A stretch of 64,000 bases of DNA from an uncultured Bacteroidota bacterium. Lineage in GTDB: Bacteria; Bacteroidota; Bacteroidia; Chitinophagales; Chitinophagaceae. Position 1 is the first letter of the stretch; every line of letters begins with the position of its first letter. Where the stretch lies: positions 223,453-287,452 of the forward strand of contig CAWDYB010000010.1 of assembly GCA_963806425.1 (NCBI GenBank). Reading direction: 5' to 3'. Shown piece after piece: positions 28,074 through 39,488 of this stretch. Below the pieces are notes generated by a model. It saw only the letters and a list, made by a program, of their open reading frames with translations, ran no database searches and had not been told where the DNA came from. The position numbers were made by a program, and so were the translations under genes.

Positions 28074-28445
28074 ATGCAACAACCCGAAACAAAACCCTGT
28101 TTGTCTTGTGGTAAACCGCTTCGCGGCAGGGCAGATAAAAAATTTTGTGACGACTATTGTCGAAACACTTTTAATAATAACCTTAAATCGGGGAGCAATA
28201 ATTTAGTTAAAAACATAAATAATGCTTTAAGTAAAAACAGGCGCATTTTAGAAAATGTACTGGGCGATCAGGATGAGATCTGTAAAATATCCAGGGAAAA
28301 ATTGCTTGAGCTGGGATTTAAATTCAGGTACCTGACGCACACTTATAAAAATAAAAAAGGCAATATTTATTTTTTCTGTTACGACCATGGCTACCTGCCA
28401 ATAGATAACAACCTTTTTTTGGTTGTAAAATCAAGAGAGGAGTAG
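28074..28445 (+). CDS. hypothetical zinc-ribbon protein
   Basis: 123 aa with an N-terminal CLSCGKPL...KFCDDYC four-Cys motif. Confidence 0.5.
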   Translation: MQQPETKPCLSCGKPLRGRADKKFCDDYCRNTFNNNLKSGSNNLVKNINNALSKNRRILENVLGDQDEICKISREKLLELGFKFRYLTHTYKNKKGNIYFFCYDHGYLPIDNNLFLVVKSREE

Positions 28446-28448
28446 CGG

Positions 28449-28925
28449 TTACATCTTACCTAAATACTCATAAACGAGCTTTGTTTCAAAGCCCTTTTGA
28501 AGCAGGTAATTTCTAAGCTTGGTTTTTCTTACAAAAATATTCTTCTCGCTTTTCAGCAATTGCAATTTCTTTTCTGCAAGTTTTTCTATGGTGTTCCGAT
28601 AGTTGTTACCATCAATTTCTTTAAGGGCTTTATTAATGCAATATTCGCTCACCCCTTTTTGCTTAAGCGTGTAAACGATCTTTGTTTTACCCCAGTTCTT
28701 CAGGGCAAATTTTCCGCGAACAAAATGTTGGGCAAACCTTTCTTCATTCAAAAAATTTTCTTCGATCAGGTTGCTGAGCAATTCTTCCACATCTGCTTTT
28801 CGCAACTTAAAACTGTATAATTTTTCTTTCACCTCCCTGTGGCACCTTTCCTGGTAGGCACAATAATGCCTGATCTTTTGCTTTGCTTCTTCTTTGGAAT
28901 ATTGTTTTTCAAAAGGCATTGTCAA
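28449..28925 (-). CDS. recX: RecA regulator RecX
   Basis: 158 aa with a three-repeat helical RecX-like pattern (IRHYCAYQERCHREV..., EERFAQHFVRGK, GKTKIVYTLKQKGVS). Confidence 0.75.
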   Translation of the reverse strand: MTMPFEKQYSKEEAKQKIRHYCAYQERCHREVKEKLYSFKLRKADVEELLSNLIEENFLNEERFAQHFVRGKFALKNWGKTKIVYTLKQKGVSEYCINKALKEIDGNNYRNTIEKLAEKKLQLLKSEKNIFVRKTKLRNYLLQKGFETKLVYEYLGKM

Positions 28926-28987
28926 TCATTGTTTAATGCATTAGAAAATGTGGTGGTAATTTTTATCTTTACCCAAACTCATTAGTA

Positions 28988-30970
28988 ATGAAAGGATTTT
29001 TGCTGTTTGCCGGTTCATTCATGTTGTTGCAACTTACCGTTGCCCAACAAATTTCTGAATTTAATGCTTACCCTGCATACAATGGTACGGACCTCGGCCT
29101 TACTTATTCTAAAAATGCTTCTGTTTTTAAAATTTGGAGCCCCCCTGCTGAACAGGCAGACCTGCTTCTATATAAAGAAGCGTTGGGCGGAAAACCTTTG
29201 CAGGAAGTTGCCATGAAAAAAGGGGAAGATGGCACCTGGGGTGCAACCCTTAACGGAGACCAGAAAGGCATTTTTTATGCTTTCAGAATTATGAAGAACG
29301 GATCGTGGTTACAGGAAGTGCCCGACCCGTATGCCAGGGCTGTTGGTGTAAGCGGTAAACGGGCGATGGTAGTCGATCTCGATGATACTGATCCTGATGG
29401 ATGGCAGCACGATAACATGCCGGCTTTCAGCCAGCCGACCGATGCGGTTATTTACGAGTTGCATGTTCGCGATGCAAGTATTTCAAACAACTCCGGCATT
29501 CAGCATAAAGGAAAATTTCTTGGTTTAACTGAAACAGGTACTGTAAATGGGGCGGGACAATCAACCGGTATTGATCACATTCAGCAACTGGGTGTTACCC
29601 ACGTACACCTGCTTCCCTCATATGACTTTTACAGTGTAGATGAAACCAGGCTTGATGTGCCGCAATACAACTGGGGTTATGACCCACTAAATTATAACGT
29701 GCCCGAGGGTTCTTATTCCACGCAACCCAATGTGGGCACTAACCGTATTAAGGAATTTAAGCAACTGGTAAAAGCCATGCATGATAAGGGTCTGCGTGTA
29801 GTGATGGATGTGGTGTACAACCATACCATGCTCACTGAAGATTCTTATTTTAACCAATTGGTTCCCGGCTATTATTATCGCCAGAATGCATCAGGAGGCT
29901 TTTCTAATGCCACTGCCTGTGGTAATGAAACCGCCAGTGAAAGACCTATGATGCGGAAGTTTATGTTAGAAAGTGTGATGTATTGGGTTAAGGAATACCA
30001 TATTGATGGTTTCCGGTTCGACCTGATGGCCGTTCATGACATTGAAACCATGAATTTGATCTCAGATTCGCTGCACGCCATTAAACCCGGCATTTTATTA
30101 TATGGTGAAGGATGGACGGCTGGTGATTGCCCGTTACCGGATTCGCTGAAAGCTCTTAAAAAGAATGCTTACAAACTTCATAACATTGCTGTTTTTAGTG
30201 ATGATATAAGGGATGGAATTAAAGGCAGTGTTTTCGAAATACACGACCGTGGCTTTGCCAGTGGCAAACCGGGCATGGAAGAATCGGTGAAATTTGGCAT
30301 TGTGGCATCAGGCAATCATCCGCAGGTAAATTATGAAAAAGTAAATTATAGCAAAGTGCCTTACACAGCCTCACCCGCAGGTGTTATTACGTATGCTGAG
30401 GCGCATGATAATAATGTGCTTTGGGATAAACTGGCACTATCCTTCCCCGAATCCGGCGAAGCCGAAAGAAAAGAAATGCATAAGCTGGCGCTTACAATAG
30501 TTCTTACCTCGCAGGGCATTCCGTTTTTACATGCGGGTACCGAATTTCTTCGAACAAAATATGGAGATGAAAATTCTTTTAAATCCGGCGATAGCATTAA
30601 CGCCATTAACTGGAGTTTAAAAACTAACAATAAAGATGTGTTTGAATATATTCAATCGCTGATACGTTTACGTAAGTCACACCCCGCTTTTAGAATGAAC
30701 GATGCCGATGCAGTTGCAAAAAATATAGTATTTAAAGAAGGTCTGCCGGCCAACGTAATAGCCTACGAAATCAATGGAATGGCTACCGGAGATAAATGGG
30801 AAAAAATTTGGGTGGCTTTTAATGGCTCATCAAAACCCGTAACAATGGATATAGGAAATAAAAAATGGTGGGAGGCGGCAGCTAACGGCAGGTTTAATAA
30901 CAAGCCGGTTAAAAGAAAAAATAATGTGCAGATAAGCGCATATGGTGCCACCATTTTATTTAAAAAATAA
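28988..30970 (+). CDS. pulA: type I pullulanase (GH13)
   Basis: 660 aa with a signal peptide and GH13 regions VVMDVVYNH, GFRFDLM, YGEGW and YAEAHDN. Confidence 0.9.
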   Translation: MKGFLLFAGSFMLLQLTVAQQISEFNAYPAYNGTDLGLTYSKNASVFKIWSPPAEQADLLLYKEALGGKPLQEVAMKKGEDGTWGATLNGDQKGIFYAFRIMKNGSWLQEVPDPYARAVGVSGKRAMVVDLDDTDPDGWQHDNMPAFSQPTDAVIYELHVRDASISNNSGIQHKGKFLGLTETGTVNGAGQSTGIDHIQQLGVTHVHLLPSYDFYSVDETRLDVPQYNWGYDPLNYNVPEGSYSTQPNVGTNRIKEFKQLVKAMHDKGLRVVMDVVYNHTMLTEDSYFNQLVPGYYYRQNASGGFSNATACGNETASERPMMRKFMLESVMYWVKEYHIDGFRFDLMAVHDIETMNLISDSLHAIKPGILLYGEGWTAGDCPLPDSLKALKKNAYKLHNIAVFSDDIRDGIKGSVFEIHDRGFASGKPGMEESVKFGIVASGNHPQVNYEKVNYSKVPYTASPAGVITYAEAHDNNVLWDKLALSFPESGEAERKEMHKLALTIVLTSQGIPFLHAGTEFLRTKYGDENSFKSGDSINAINWSLKTNNKDVFEYIQSLIRLRKSHPAFRMNDADAVAKNIVFKEGLPANVIAYEINGMATGDKWEKIWVAFNGSSKPVTMDIGNKKWWEAAANGRFNNKPVKRKNNVQISAYGATILFKK

Positions 30971-30992
30971 TCTTACCTGCACATTACTAAAA

Positions 30993-31280
30993 CTATACGG
31001 TTACATCCGTATTATAAGAAGGTCCTGTGGTTGTAGTTGGGGTATCGCTGTTATAAATGCGATCACTTTCATCTAAAATTGAATTAGCTGTTGTTTTAAC
31101 CTTGTCAATAGTATTAGAAACCGTACCACTAACATTATCATAAGTATCCACCACAGTTCTTTTAAGGTTGTTTGCTTTTGATGTAATTCTTCTGCGGGTT
31201 TCAGCACCACTTGTTGGGGCAAACAGCATTCCGATTACAATGCCGGTTAACATACCGTTGATGTAAGATTGTATTCTCAT
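30993..31280 (-). CDS. YtxH domain protein
   Basis: 95 aa with an N-terminal GMLTGIVIGMLFAPTSGAETRR motif. Confidence 0.75.
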   Translation of the reverse strand: MRIQSYINGMLTGIVIGMLFAPTSGAETRRRITSKANNLKRTVVDTYDNVSGTVSNTIDKVKTTANSILDESDRIYNSDTPTTTTGPSYNTDVTV

Positions 31281-31450
31281 AATTTTATAATTTTTGTGTT
31301 TAGTAAAAAATGATATACTGAAAAAATGCTGCCAAACTTGCCGGGGAAGAAAATTTTCACCTTTTTAAGTACAAGTCTTTAACTGTACCATAAATTCCCC
31401 ATCCCGGAATGGCGCATAACTGAAATGGTTTCCACTAATTTTGGAGAAGA

Positions 31451-32377
31451 ATGAAGGGCATTGTATACAAATCGACCGGTAGCTGGTACCATATAAAAAC
31501 TGAAGAGGGAAAATTTATCCAGTCGAGAATAAAAGGCATATTTAAGATTGATGAAATAACCAGCACCAACCCAATAGCCGTAGGCGATGAGGTAAAAATC
31601 GAAAATGGAACGGGTGAAACCGGCTCAGCTATGATTACGGAAATCTTTCCCCGTAAAAATTATATTTCGCGCACATCTCCCCACAACAGAAATCAGCAAC
31701 ACATTGTTGCCAGTAACCTTTCCCAGTGTATAATGTTTGCCACCCTGCGCGAGCCAAGAACTTCTTTAGGGTTTATAGACCGCTTTTTAGTGGTTGCTGA
31801 GGCTTATTATATTCCCGCAATTATTGTTTTTAATAAGGCCGATATCTACAAAAAAAGAGAACAGGAAAATTTTGTGCGATTTGAAGAAATTTACCAGCGT
31901 GCAGGCTATAAAGTATTATTAACAAGCATGCAAACCGGGCAGGGTTTCGAGGAGTTGAAAACTTTATTGAAAGAAAAAACAACTTTAATCAGCGGGCATA
32001 GCGGTGTAGGAAAATCAACCTTCATTAAAAAAGTATTTCCTGAATTAGAACTTGCCACACAACAGGTAAGCAGCTGGAGTGGTAAAGGCATGCATACCAC
32101 CACCTTTGCAGAAATGTTTGATTTGCCCTTTGGAGGAAGTATTATAGATACCCCGGGCTTAAAAGAATTTGGAATTGCGACCCTTACCCGCCAGGAATTG
32201 TCTCATTATTTTCCTGAAATGCGCCCACTTGTTACTGGTTGCCGCTTCAATAATTGCCTGCATTTAAATGAACCCGGTTGTGCCGTAATAGAGGCTGTGA
32301 AAGAGGGCAGGGTTTCTGAAGAGCGGTACCTTAGTTACTGCAACATAATAGAAAGTATAGACGATAAAAACTATTAG
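31451..32377 (+). CDS. rsgA: ribosome small subunit-dependent GTPase A
   Basis: 308 aa circularly permuted GTPase with NKAD, GHSGVGKST, DTPG and zinc knuckle CRFNNCLHLNEPGC. Confidence 0.92.
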   Translation: MKGIVYKSTGSWYHIKTEEGKFIQSRIKGIFKIDEITSTNPIAVGDEVKIENGTGETGSAMITEIFPRKNYISRTSPHNRNQQHIVASNLSQCIMFATLREPRTSLGFIDRFLVVAEAYYIPAIIVFNKADIYKKREQENFVRFEEIYQRAGYKVLLTSMQTGQGFEELKTLLKEKTTLISGHSGVGKSTFIKKVFPELELATQQVSSWSGKGMHTTTFAEMFDLPFGGSIIDTPGLKEFGIATLTRQELSHYFPEMRPLVTGCRFNNCLHLNEPGCAVIEAVKEGRVSEERYLSYCNIIESIDDKNY

Positions 32378-32658
32378 GCACTCCTGACTTTCATTTTCAC
32401 AATAAGTTTATCCGCTATTCTTTGCAATTTACCAGGTTGTGATAGTAAGGTTACTCCATTAAAAATATTGTATTGCAGGGCAAGTGGGTTGCCCCGGTAC
32501 TTAAAATGCCATTCAATATTGTCGGCGTCGTCAAACTTTTCTGTAAAGCGGATGCGCCTGTTTTTGCTTAATACATCGGCAATGCGGTAAAATTCCTGCA
32601 ATCCGCCATTTTCATTAATGACCACCGGGGTTGTTTGGTTGTATTCGTAAGGTTTCAT
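32374..32658 (-). CDS. hypothetical protein
   Basis: The open frame has a likely start at MKPYEYNQ (32658). It converges on and overlaps the rsgA stop by 4 nt. I recognise no motif. Confidence 0.4.
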   Translation of the reverse strand: MKPYEYNQTTPVVINENGGLQEFYRIADVLSKNRRIRFTEKFDDADNIEWHFKYRGNPLALQYNIFNGVTLLSQPGKLQRIADKLIVKMKVRSA

Positions 32659-32867
32659 ATGCTTAGCGTTACAGTATTTAGCAATTTTGAATCGGTTGAT
32701 CCAAAACAAATTACCTGTCGGAAATAGTAAAAACCGGAATTAAGTGTACGGATTATAAATAAATCTAAAAAGACAGTTTCTGTGGGTGTGTAACATAGAT
32801 AATCTCATAAGCAGTGAGTTTTGGATGCACACAGAAACTATCCATTACTTACAAGACAAAACAAAAA

Positions 32868-33398
32868 TTATTTCGCTGCATTATATTCAGAAAACCAGGA
32901 AGAATATTTCGTGTAGTTATTTGCGATCCGTTCAATCTCGCCATGTATAATATTCTTGGTTAGGTCTTTTACCTTTTTGGCAGGTACGCCTGCATAAATT
33001 ACGCCCTCTTCTATTACGGTTCCCTCCAAAACCACAGACCCCGCTGCAATAATAGAGTTGCTATGCACCACCACCCTGTCCATTACAATCGCACCCATCC
33101 CAACCAGAACATTATCGTGTATGGTGCAACCATGCACAATAGCATTGTGCCCAATGGAAACATTGTTGCCAATATTTACCGGGTTTTTTTGATAGGTGCA
33201 GTGTATAACCGTTCCATCCTGCACATTAACCTTATTACCCATTTTTATGTAGTGCACATCGCCCCTTATAATAGTATTAAACCAAACGCTGCAATCATCC
33301 CCCATAATTACATCACCGACTACCGTTGCATTGGGGGCAACGAAACAATTATTGCCGAATTGCGGAGACTTGCCAAGTACAGGTAGAATAGTAGCCAT
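32868..33398 (-). CDS. gamma-class carbonic anhydrase-like / hexapeptide-repeat protein
   Basis: 176 aa with left-handed beta-helix hexapeptide repeats and a YrdA/PaaY-like layout. Confidence 0.8.
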   Translation of the reverse strand: MATILPVLGKSPQFGNNCFVAPNATVVGDVIMGDDCSVWFNTIIRGDVHYIKMGNKVNVQDGTVIHCTYQKNPVNIGNNVSIGHNAIVHGCTIHDNVLVGMGAIVMDRVVVHSNSIIAAGSVVLEGTVIEEGVIYAGVPAKKVKDLTKNIIHGEIERIANNYTKYSSWFSEYNAAK

Positions 33399-33424
33399 GC
33401 AGATAAGGTTTAAAATGAATTAAA

Positions 33425-34132
33425 TCACATTAATATACCAAATAAAAATGCACCGAGCAAACCGCCGGCAATTGGGCCCACCACAGGAACCCAGCTATAA
33501 GCCCAGTCAGAGTTTCCTTTGTTTTTTATGGGAAGAAGAAAGTGTATAATACGGGGTCCGAGATCCCTGGCGGGATTAATAGCATAACCTGTGGGTCCGC
33601 CAAGACTTAGCCCGATTGCCAGTACAACCAGCGCCACAGGCAGGGCGTCTAAAGAACCGAGGCTTGATGCAGATTTGGTTATAGCCAATACTGCAAAAAT
33701 AAAAACCATTGTACCAATAAATTCGGTTACGAAATTATGCAAACGGTTTCTTTTGGCAGGTGCAGTGGAGAAAACACCTAAGATCACGTTAGGATCTTCT
33801 GTATCATCAAAATGTTGTTTATAAGCGATCCACACCAAAAAGGCGCCCAACATCGCACCTGCCACTTGTGCAAGCAGGTACATGCCTACCAGCGCCCAGC
33901 TAAATTTTCCCGCATAGGCAAGTGCAATGGTTACAGCAGGGTTTAAATGCGCGCCACTTGCCCCGGCCGATACATACACCCCAACAAATACGGCCATCGC
34001 CCAACCAATCGTAACAGCCAGATACCCCGAGCCAAAGCCCTTAGTTTTATTTAATGCAATATTGGCAACCACCCCATCTCCTAAAACAATCAGAATGGCG
34101 GTACCTGCAAATTCAGCCATAAAAGGACTCAT
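33425..34132 (-). CDS. glpF: aquaglyceroporin (MIP family)
   Basis: 235 aa with two NPA boxes (HLNPAVT, AINPARD). It lies next to glpD and glpK. Confidence 0.9.
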   Translation of the reverse strand: MSPFMAEFAGTAILIVLGDGVVANIALNKTKGFGSGYLAVTIGWAMAVFVGVYVSAGASGAHLNPAVTIALAYAGKFSWALVGMYLLAQVAGAMLGAFLVWIAYKQHFDDTEDPNVILGVFSTAPAKRNRLHNFVTEFIGTMVFIFAVLAITKSASSLGSLDALPVALVVLAIGLSLGGPTGYAINPARDLGPRIIHFLLPIKNKGNSDWAYSWVPVVGPIAGGLLGAFLFGILM

Positions 34133-34171
34133 TTAGCTTTCATTAATGTTATGAAATAAAGGTTTTGTACA

Positions 34172-35664
34172 TTAATCCGGTTGCAGCAAATATTGCTTTG
34201 CTAATATAATAAAATCGGCCAGCTGAACATTCACCCAATTTGCATCTTTATTAAATATTTCTGCCAGGTTTTTAGCAACATGCGGTGCAACATTAATGGC
34301 CGCTTTAGCATCTAAAAATAAAAGCCTGGTTCGCCTGGCTAAAATATCTTCAATTGTCACGGCCATTTCTTTTTCAATGTAATGACGAATATTTTCGGAT
34401 GAATACAAATCCATTAATCCGTGCTCGTCATCACTGTACTCAATTTGCTTTTTTAATGATGATTGAATGGGAAGCTGCGCGGTCAGGCAGTCATTGTTGG
34501 GCAGTTTTGCTACAAATGCTGCATTGTTTACTGCATCTTCAGCCATTTTACGGTATGTAGTCCATTTGCCTCCTGTTACCGTTACTAAATTCGATGGAGA
34601 AACTATTATGCTATGATCCCTGCTTAAAAGCGCTGTACTTTTTATTCCTTTCATTTTTACCAAAGGACGTAAGCCAGCAAAAATGCTTTTGATATCCGTT
34701 TTTTTATAGGCACTTCCGGATAACGGTTTACATGATGCAGCATGAAATCAATTTCTTCTTTTAAAGGCTTGGGTTCCACATCCATTTCATCTACAAAAGT
34801 ATCTGTAGTGCCAATTATAACCCTGTTATGCCAGGGCACTGCAAACAGCACGCGTTTATCATCAGTTTTAGGAATCATTAATGCATGCCTGCCTGGAAAA
34901 AATTTTTTATCAAGCACAATATGTATTCCTTGTGAGGGTGAAATTAGCTCCTGCTGCGGTTCATCCATTTCCATTATTTCGTCAGCAAAAACTCCTGTAG
35001 CATTAATTACAGCTTTCGCCTTTAGCTCGTAGTTTACACCGGTTATAAGGTCTTCGGCAACCACCCCTGTTACCTTTTTTGCAGTTTTAATTAATTCTTT
35101 AACCTCGAAATAATTAATAACTGTTGCCCCGTAATGCGAAGCGCTGAAGGCAAGGTCAACAGCCAGGCGCGCATCATCAAACTGCCCATCATAATATACC
35201 ACCCCCCCGGATAATTTTTTTTCACTTAAACCGGGCAGTGAGGTAAGGGTTTCCTCCTTGTTCAATAGGGTTGTTTTACCAATAGATTGTTTGCGGGAAA
35301 GAATATCGTACATCTTTAGCCCGGCGCCATAATATAATTTTTGAACGATGCTAAAGGTGGGAATTACAAAAGCTATGCGATGTGTAATATGGGCGGCATT
35401 TTTTAACAGCCAGCCCCTTTCCCGAAGGGCTTCTTTTACAAGTTTTATATTGCCCTGTTCTAAATATCTTACACCGCCATGAACCAACTTGGTTGAACGG
35501 CCCGAGGTGCCTTTACCAAAATCTACTGCCTCTAACAATAAGGTTGAATACCCGCGGGATGCTGCATCTAATGCTGCCCCTAAACCGGTTGCACCACCGC
35601 CAATGATTATAATATCCCAATCTTTTTGCTCATTGATCTTAGCCAGGCTTTCGGTTCTGTTCAT
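34172..35664 (-). pseudogene. glpD: FAD-dependent glycerol-3-phosphate dehydrogenase, one frameshift
   Basis: ORFs 34657-35664 (IIIGGGATGLGAALDAASRG...) and 34172-34663 (C-terminal GlpD domain) are contiguous. The frame change is near 34660-34690. Confidence 0.88.
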
Positions 35665-35773
35665 TCTCTTCTTCCGGTTTATTTAAGCGCGAATAAAAAA
35701 CTGGTACAAAGTAAAGCTAACCTCTTGCAATTATTTACAGGTAAATGGTTGATTTAAAGGAAGGGATAGGAAA

Positions 35774-36373
35774 TCAGGCGATCTTTTTTCGCTGAACCAC
35801 GGCAATTACCTCATCAGAAAGAATTTTTACATCGTGATGTTTATACAGGGGAATTTCAATAATTCCTCCGGGACCAAGTTCTATTTCTTTTTCCTCGATA
35901 TAACATTTGCACCTGCCCTTTAAAATGATGAAACTTTCTTTTTCATCAGTATGCACTTCGTCCGGATAATTAACTTTTGTCCAGATTAATATTTGGGAAA
36001 CCCTGCCATCGTTTTTCAACTCTTTTACAAACATATTGTCTTCCAGCTTTTCCGGTAAATGCGGAGATACCCATGTAAGCCAGTTATTGTAGTCGGAGTT
36101 CGGGGTTATTTCCGGGAAGGAATGAATAGTGTTACGGTTTTCATTCAATTCATTCTCTATTACCTTAAAGATGTTTTCCTTCACCTTCAAATCAACAGTC
36201 ACGGCATTTTTTCTGGCAAAATTTTCCAGTTCAAGGGAGGCCTGTAAAATATATTGTTGTACTAAAGGGTGTTGCCGGGATAATTTTTCAACTTCCGCTC
36301 TTTCATCATCATTTAATAAACCAAAACAATACTCTTCTAAAATGCCTGATTTTATGTAAGTATTGATATCCAT
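35774..36373 (-). CDS. cupin-domain protein with ChrR-like anti-sigma-type N-terminus
   Basis: 199 aa with an N-terminal helical segment resembling anti-sigma N-domains but lacking the HxxxCxxC zinc motif. The C-terminal part is a cupin (FIILKGRCKCYIEEKEIELGPGGIIEIP). Confidence 0.5.
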   Translation of the reverse strand: MDINTYIKSGILEEYCFGLLNDDERAEVEKLSRQHPLVQQYILQASLELENFARKNAVTVDLKVKENIFKVIENELNENRNTIHSFPEITPNSDYNNWLTWVSPHLPEKLEDNMFVKELKNDGRVSQILIWTKVNYPDEVHTDEKESFIILKGRCKCYIEEKEIELGPGGIIEIPLYKHHDVKILSDEVIAVVQRKKIA

Positions 36374-36485
36374 TTTTTTATTACGGTGTAACCGGAAAAA
36401 TATTGTTTATGGTTTGAGGGCCGGTTTTTTAGAATAACAAAATTAATAATATGAGATTTATTTTATTTAGTTTTTTAGTTTTACC

Positions 36486-37979
36486 CTATGCCTGCGCCCA
36501 AAACCGGGCTGATTTAACGGCACGCGACCACTGGTCGTATAATAATTGCCTTATTGAATTTTCCATAACTGGTTTAAAAGTTTTATCCATTAACCATTGT
36601 TCAGAAATTACTTCTGTATTCTTCCAAAAGCCAACTGCCAGACCGGCGAGGTAGGCTGCGCCAAGTGCAGTAGTTTCGGTAATTACGGGTCTGATTACTT
36701 TTGTATTTAATATATCTGCCTGAAACTGCATTAGTAAATCATTAGCCGTTGCACCGCCATCAACCCGCAGTTCTTTTATTTTAACACCGGAATCGGCCTC
36801 CATAGATTTTATTAAATCAGTTGACTGGTAGGCTATACTTTCCAGCGCTGCGCGGGCAAGGTGTCCTCCGGTTGTACCCCGCGACAGACCAACAATAGTT
36901 CCTCTTGCATGCTGGTCCCAGTAAGGGGCTCCAAGCCCTGCAAAAGCAGGCACCAGGTAAACCCCGCCATTATCTGTAACCTCGTTAGAGAGTAATTCAA
37001 TTTCAGAAGCATTGCGTATAATCTTTAACCCATCTCTTAACCATTGCACCACTGCGCCTGCTATAAACACACTTCCTTCCAGGGCATAAGTTGTTTCTCC
37101 ATTTATTTGCCAGGCAATGGTTGTGAGCAGGTTGTTATTAGAAGTAACAGGTTTATCACCGGTATTCATCAGCATAAAACAACCGGTACCATAAGTGTTT
37201 TTGACCATCCCTTTCTTAGTACACATTTGCCCAAATAATGCAGCCTGCTGATCGCCTGCAATACCGGCAACGGGAATATTTTCTGCAGAAAAAACATTTT
37301 GGGTATATCCATACACCTCACTGCTGCTTTTAACTGCAGGCAAAACAGAAGCAGGGATGTCCATTTCTTTTAATAATTCTTCATCCCACTGTAATGTGTG
37401 AATATTGAATAACATTGTGCGAGAAGCATTGCTAACATCCGTTGCGTGTATTTTGCCATTGGTAAGTTTCCATAAAAGCCAGGTGTCTATGGTTCCGAAA
37501 CAAATTTCGTTTCGAACTGCCGCTTCACGGGCGCCAACAACATGGTCAAGTATCCATTTAAGTTTGGTAGCTGAGAAATAGGCGTCGATTATAAGCCCGG
37601 TCTTTTGTTGAATTTTTTCTTTTAGGCCACGGGCCTTTAATTCATCGCAATAATCCGCCGTTCGCCTGTCTTGCCATACAATTGCATTGTGCAAAGGCTT
37701 CCCGGTTTTTTTATTCCAGACAACTGTGGTTTCCCGTTGGTTGGTAATGCCAATAGCTGCCATATCTTTTACCGTTAAACCTGCACTGGTTATGCATTCT
37801 GCAGCCACACCAATTTGTGTACTCCAGATTTCATTGGCATCATGTTCAACCCAGCCCGATTGCGGAAAATATTGGGTAAACTCTTTTTGTGCTACTGAAA
37901 CAATTTTTCCAAGCCGGTCAAAAATAATGGCACGGCTACTGGTTGTACCCTGGTCAAAGGCGAGAATATATTCAGGCAT
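36486..37979 (-). CDS. glpK: glycerol kinase
   Basis: Contains [23 protein letters not shown] and VDGGAT. The probable start MPEYIL at 37979 lies inside the longer track ORF. Confidence 0.93.
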   Translation of the reverse strand: MPEYILAFDQGTTSSRAIIFDRLGKIVSVAQKEFTQYFPQSGWVEHDANEIWSTQIGVAAECITSAGLTVKDMAAIGITNQRETTVVWNKKTGKPLHNAIVWQDRRTADYCDELKARGLKEKIQQKTGLIIDAYFSATKLKWILDHVVGAREAAVRNEICFGTIDTWLLWKLTNGKIHATDVSNASRTMLFNIHTLQWDEELLKEMDIPASVLPAVKSSSEVYGYTQNVFSAENIPVAGIAGDQQAALFGQMCTKKGMVKNTYGTGCFMLMNTGDKPVTSNNNLLTTIAWQINGETTYALEGSVFIAGAVVQWLRDGLKIIRNASEIELLSNEVTDNGGVYLVPAFAGLGAPYWDQHARGTIVGLSRGTTGGHLARAALESIAYQSTDLIKSMEADSGVKIKELRVDGGATANDLLMQFQADILNTKVIRPVITETTALGAAYLAGLAVGFWKNTEVISEQWLMDKTFKPVMENSIRQLLYDQWSRAVKSARFWAQA

Positions 37980-38060
37980 AGATTTTAATTTTTGGTTTCC
38001 TTTCAACTTTTAATGTATAAAGCAGCGATTAAATGGTATAACAATGTATACATTTATCTC

Positions 38061-39488
38061 ATGTTAAAGACTATAATAGTGGGTTGTATATGTTTATTTT
38101 TCCACTTTATTTCTATTTCGCAAACTAGATTAAATGCAGTACCAACGAAAGAGCAATTACAATGGCACGAACTGGAGTTTTATCTTTTTGTACACTTTGG
38201 TCCAAATACGTTTACTGATAAGGAATGGGGTGAAGGAACAGAACACGAGGAGGTATTTAACCCAACCGGTTTAGATTGCAGGCAATGGTGCCGGATAGCG
38301 AAAGATGCAGGCGCAAAGGGCATTATCATTACAGCAAAACATCATGATGGGTTTTGTCTTTGGCCAAGTAAGTATTCTGCACATACCGTACGGGAAAGTA
38401 ACTGGCAAAACGGGCAGGGAGATGTTTTAATGCAATTAAAAAAGGCATGTAATGAATACGGGTTAAAGATGGGCATTTATCTCTCTCCATGGGACCGCAA
38501 TCACCCGGATTATGGAACAGACAACTATAACACCGTGTTTGTAAATATGATGAAGGAGGTAATCACCAATTATGGACCCTTCTTTGAATTTTGGTGGGAT
38601 GGTGCAAATGGTGAAGGGCCCAACGGGAAAAAGCAACAGTATAACTGGGAATTGTTTAAGCAAACGATGAACGTTAAAGCACCGCAAACGCTGGTTTTCA
38701 GCGATGTTGGGCCGCATATTCGCTGGGTGGGGAATGAAAGGGGCATCGCGGGTTTTACCAACTGGAATTTATTGGATACTGCAGGGTTTACGCCTGGGTT
38801 AGGTGCACCTTCTACCGATACGCTCAATACCGGTAATATGTTTGGAAGAAACTGGATACCTGCCGAATGTGACGTAAGTATTCGGCCGGGTTGGTTTTAC
38901 CACGCAGAAGAAGATTCCCTTGTAAAGAATGGAAAACAGCTTTTTAATTTGTACCTGCGTTCAGTGGGGCGTGGGTCTAACCTGTTATTAAATGTACCCC
39001 CCGACCGGCGGGGATTATTTCATTCAAATGATTCAATAGCGCTGATGCAGTTTAAACAATTGCGGACTGAAGCCTTTTCTAAAAATGTGATTGGCGCAGA
39101 AACAATTGAGAAAAAAGACAGAAAAAAATATAGAAATATTTTAGACGGAAATACACAAACATATTTTGCAAATAATACTACCCCTATAACCCTTCATTTT
39201 AAAAAACCGATAGAGATCAATTGCTTTGTTTTAAGTGAAGCGATAAAATACGGGCAACAAATTAGTGCTGCAACAGTTTTAATTACTACTGAAGATGCAA
39301 AGGAGGTCAGGTATGAAATTACTACCATAGGAAGAAAAAGAATTCTGACGTTTGAGAGCATTAAAGCAACGAAAATTACAATCAATATAAAAGGGTATAA
39401 AGAAAAACCACTGATTTCTGAGTTAAGCGGATACGAAATTCCATCAGACCTTGTTGACATGCAAAGTGTGATGACGGTAAATAATTAG
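38061..39488 (+). CDS. alpha-L-fucosidase (GH29)
   Basis: Signal peptide from ATG 38061, plus HHDGFCLWPSKYS and FEFWWDGANGEG motifs. Confidence 0.85.
   Translation: MLKTIIVGCICLFFHFISISQTRLNAVPTKEQLQWHELEFYLFVHFGPNTFTDKEWGEGTEHEEVFNPTGLDCRQWCRIAKDAGAKGIIITAKHHDGFCLWPSKYSAHTVRESNWQNGQGDVLMQLKKACNEYGLKMGIYLSPWDRNHPDYGTDNYNTVFVNMMKEVITNYGPFFEFWWDGANGEGPNGKKQQYNWELFKQTMNVKAPQTLVFSDVGPHIRWVGNERGIAGFTNWNLLDTAGFTPGLGAPSTDTLNTGNMFGRNWIPAECDVSIRPGWFYHAEEDSLVKNGKQLFNLYLRSVGRGSNLLLNVPPDRRGLFHSNDSIALMQFKQLRTEAFSKNVIGAETIEKKDRKKYRNILDGNTQTYFANNTTPITLHFKKPIEINCFVLSEAIKYGQQISAATVLITTEDAKEVRYEITTIGRKRILTFESIKATKITINIKGYKEKPLISELSGYEIPSDLVDMQSVMTVNN

Noticed and set aside
32775-32839. 10-bp stem agtttctgtg / cacagaaact with a 45-nt loop downstream of the gamma-CA-like gene
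   Set aside because: It may act as a weak terminator (a U-run follows on the minus strand). The very long loop makes it a poor intrinsic terminator, and nothing else distinguishes it.
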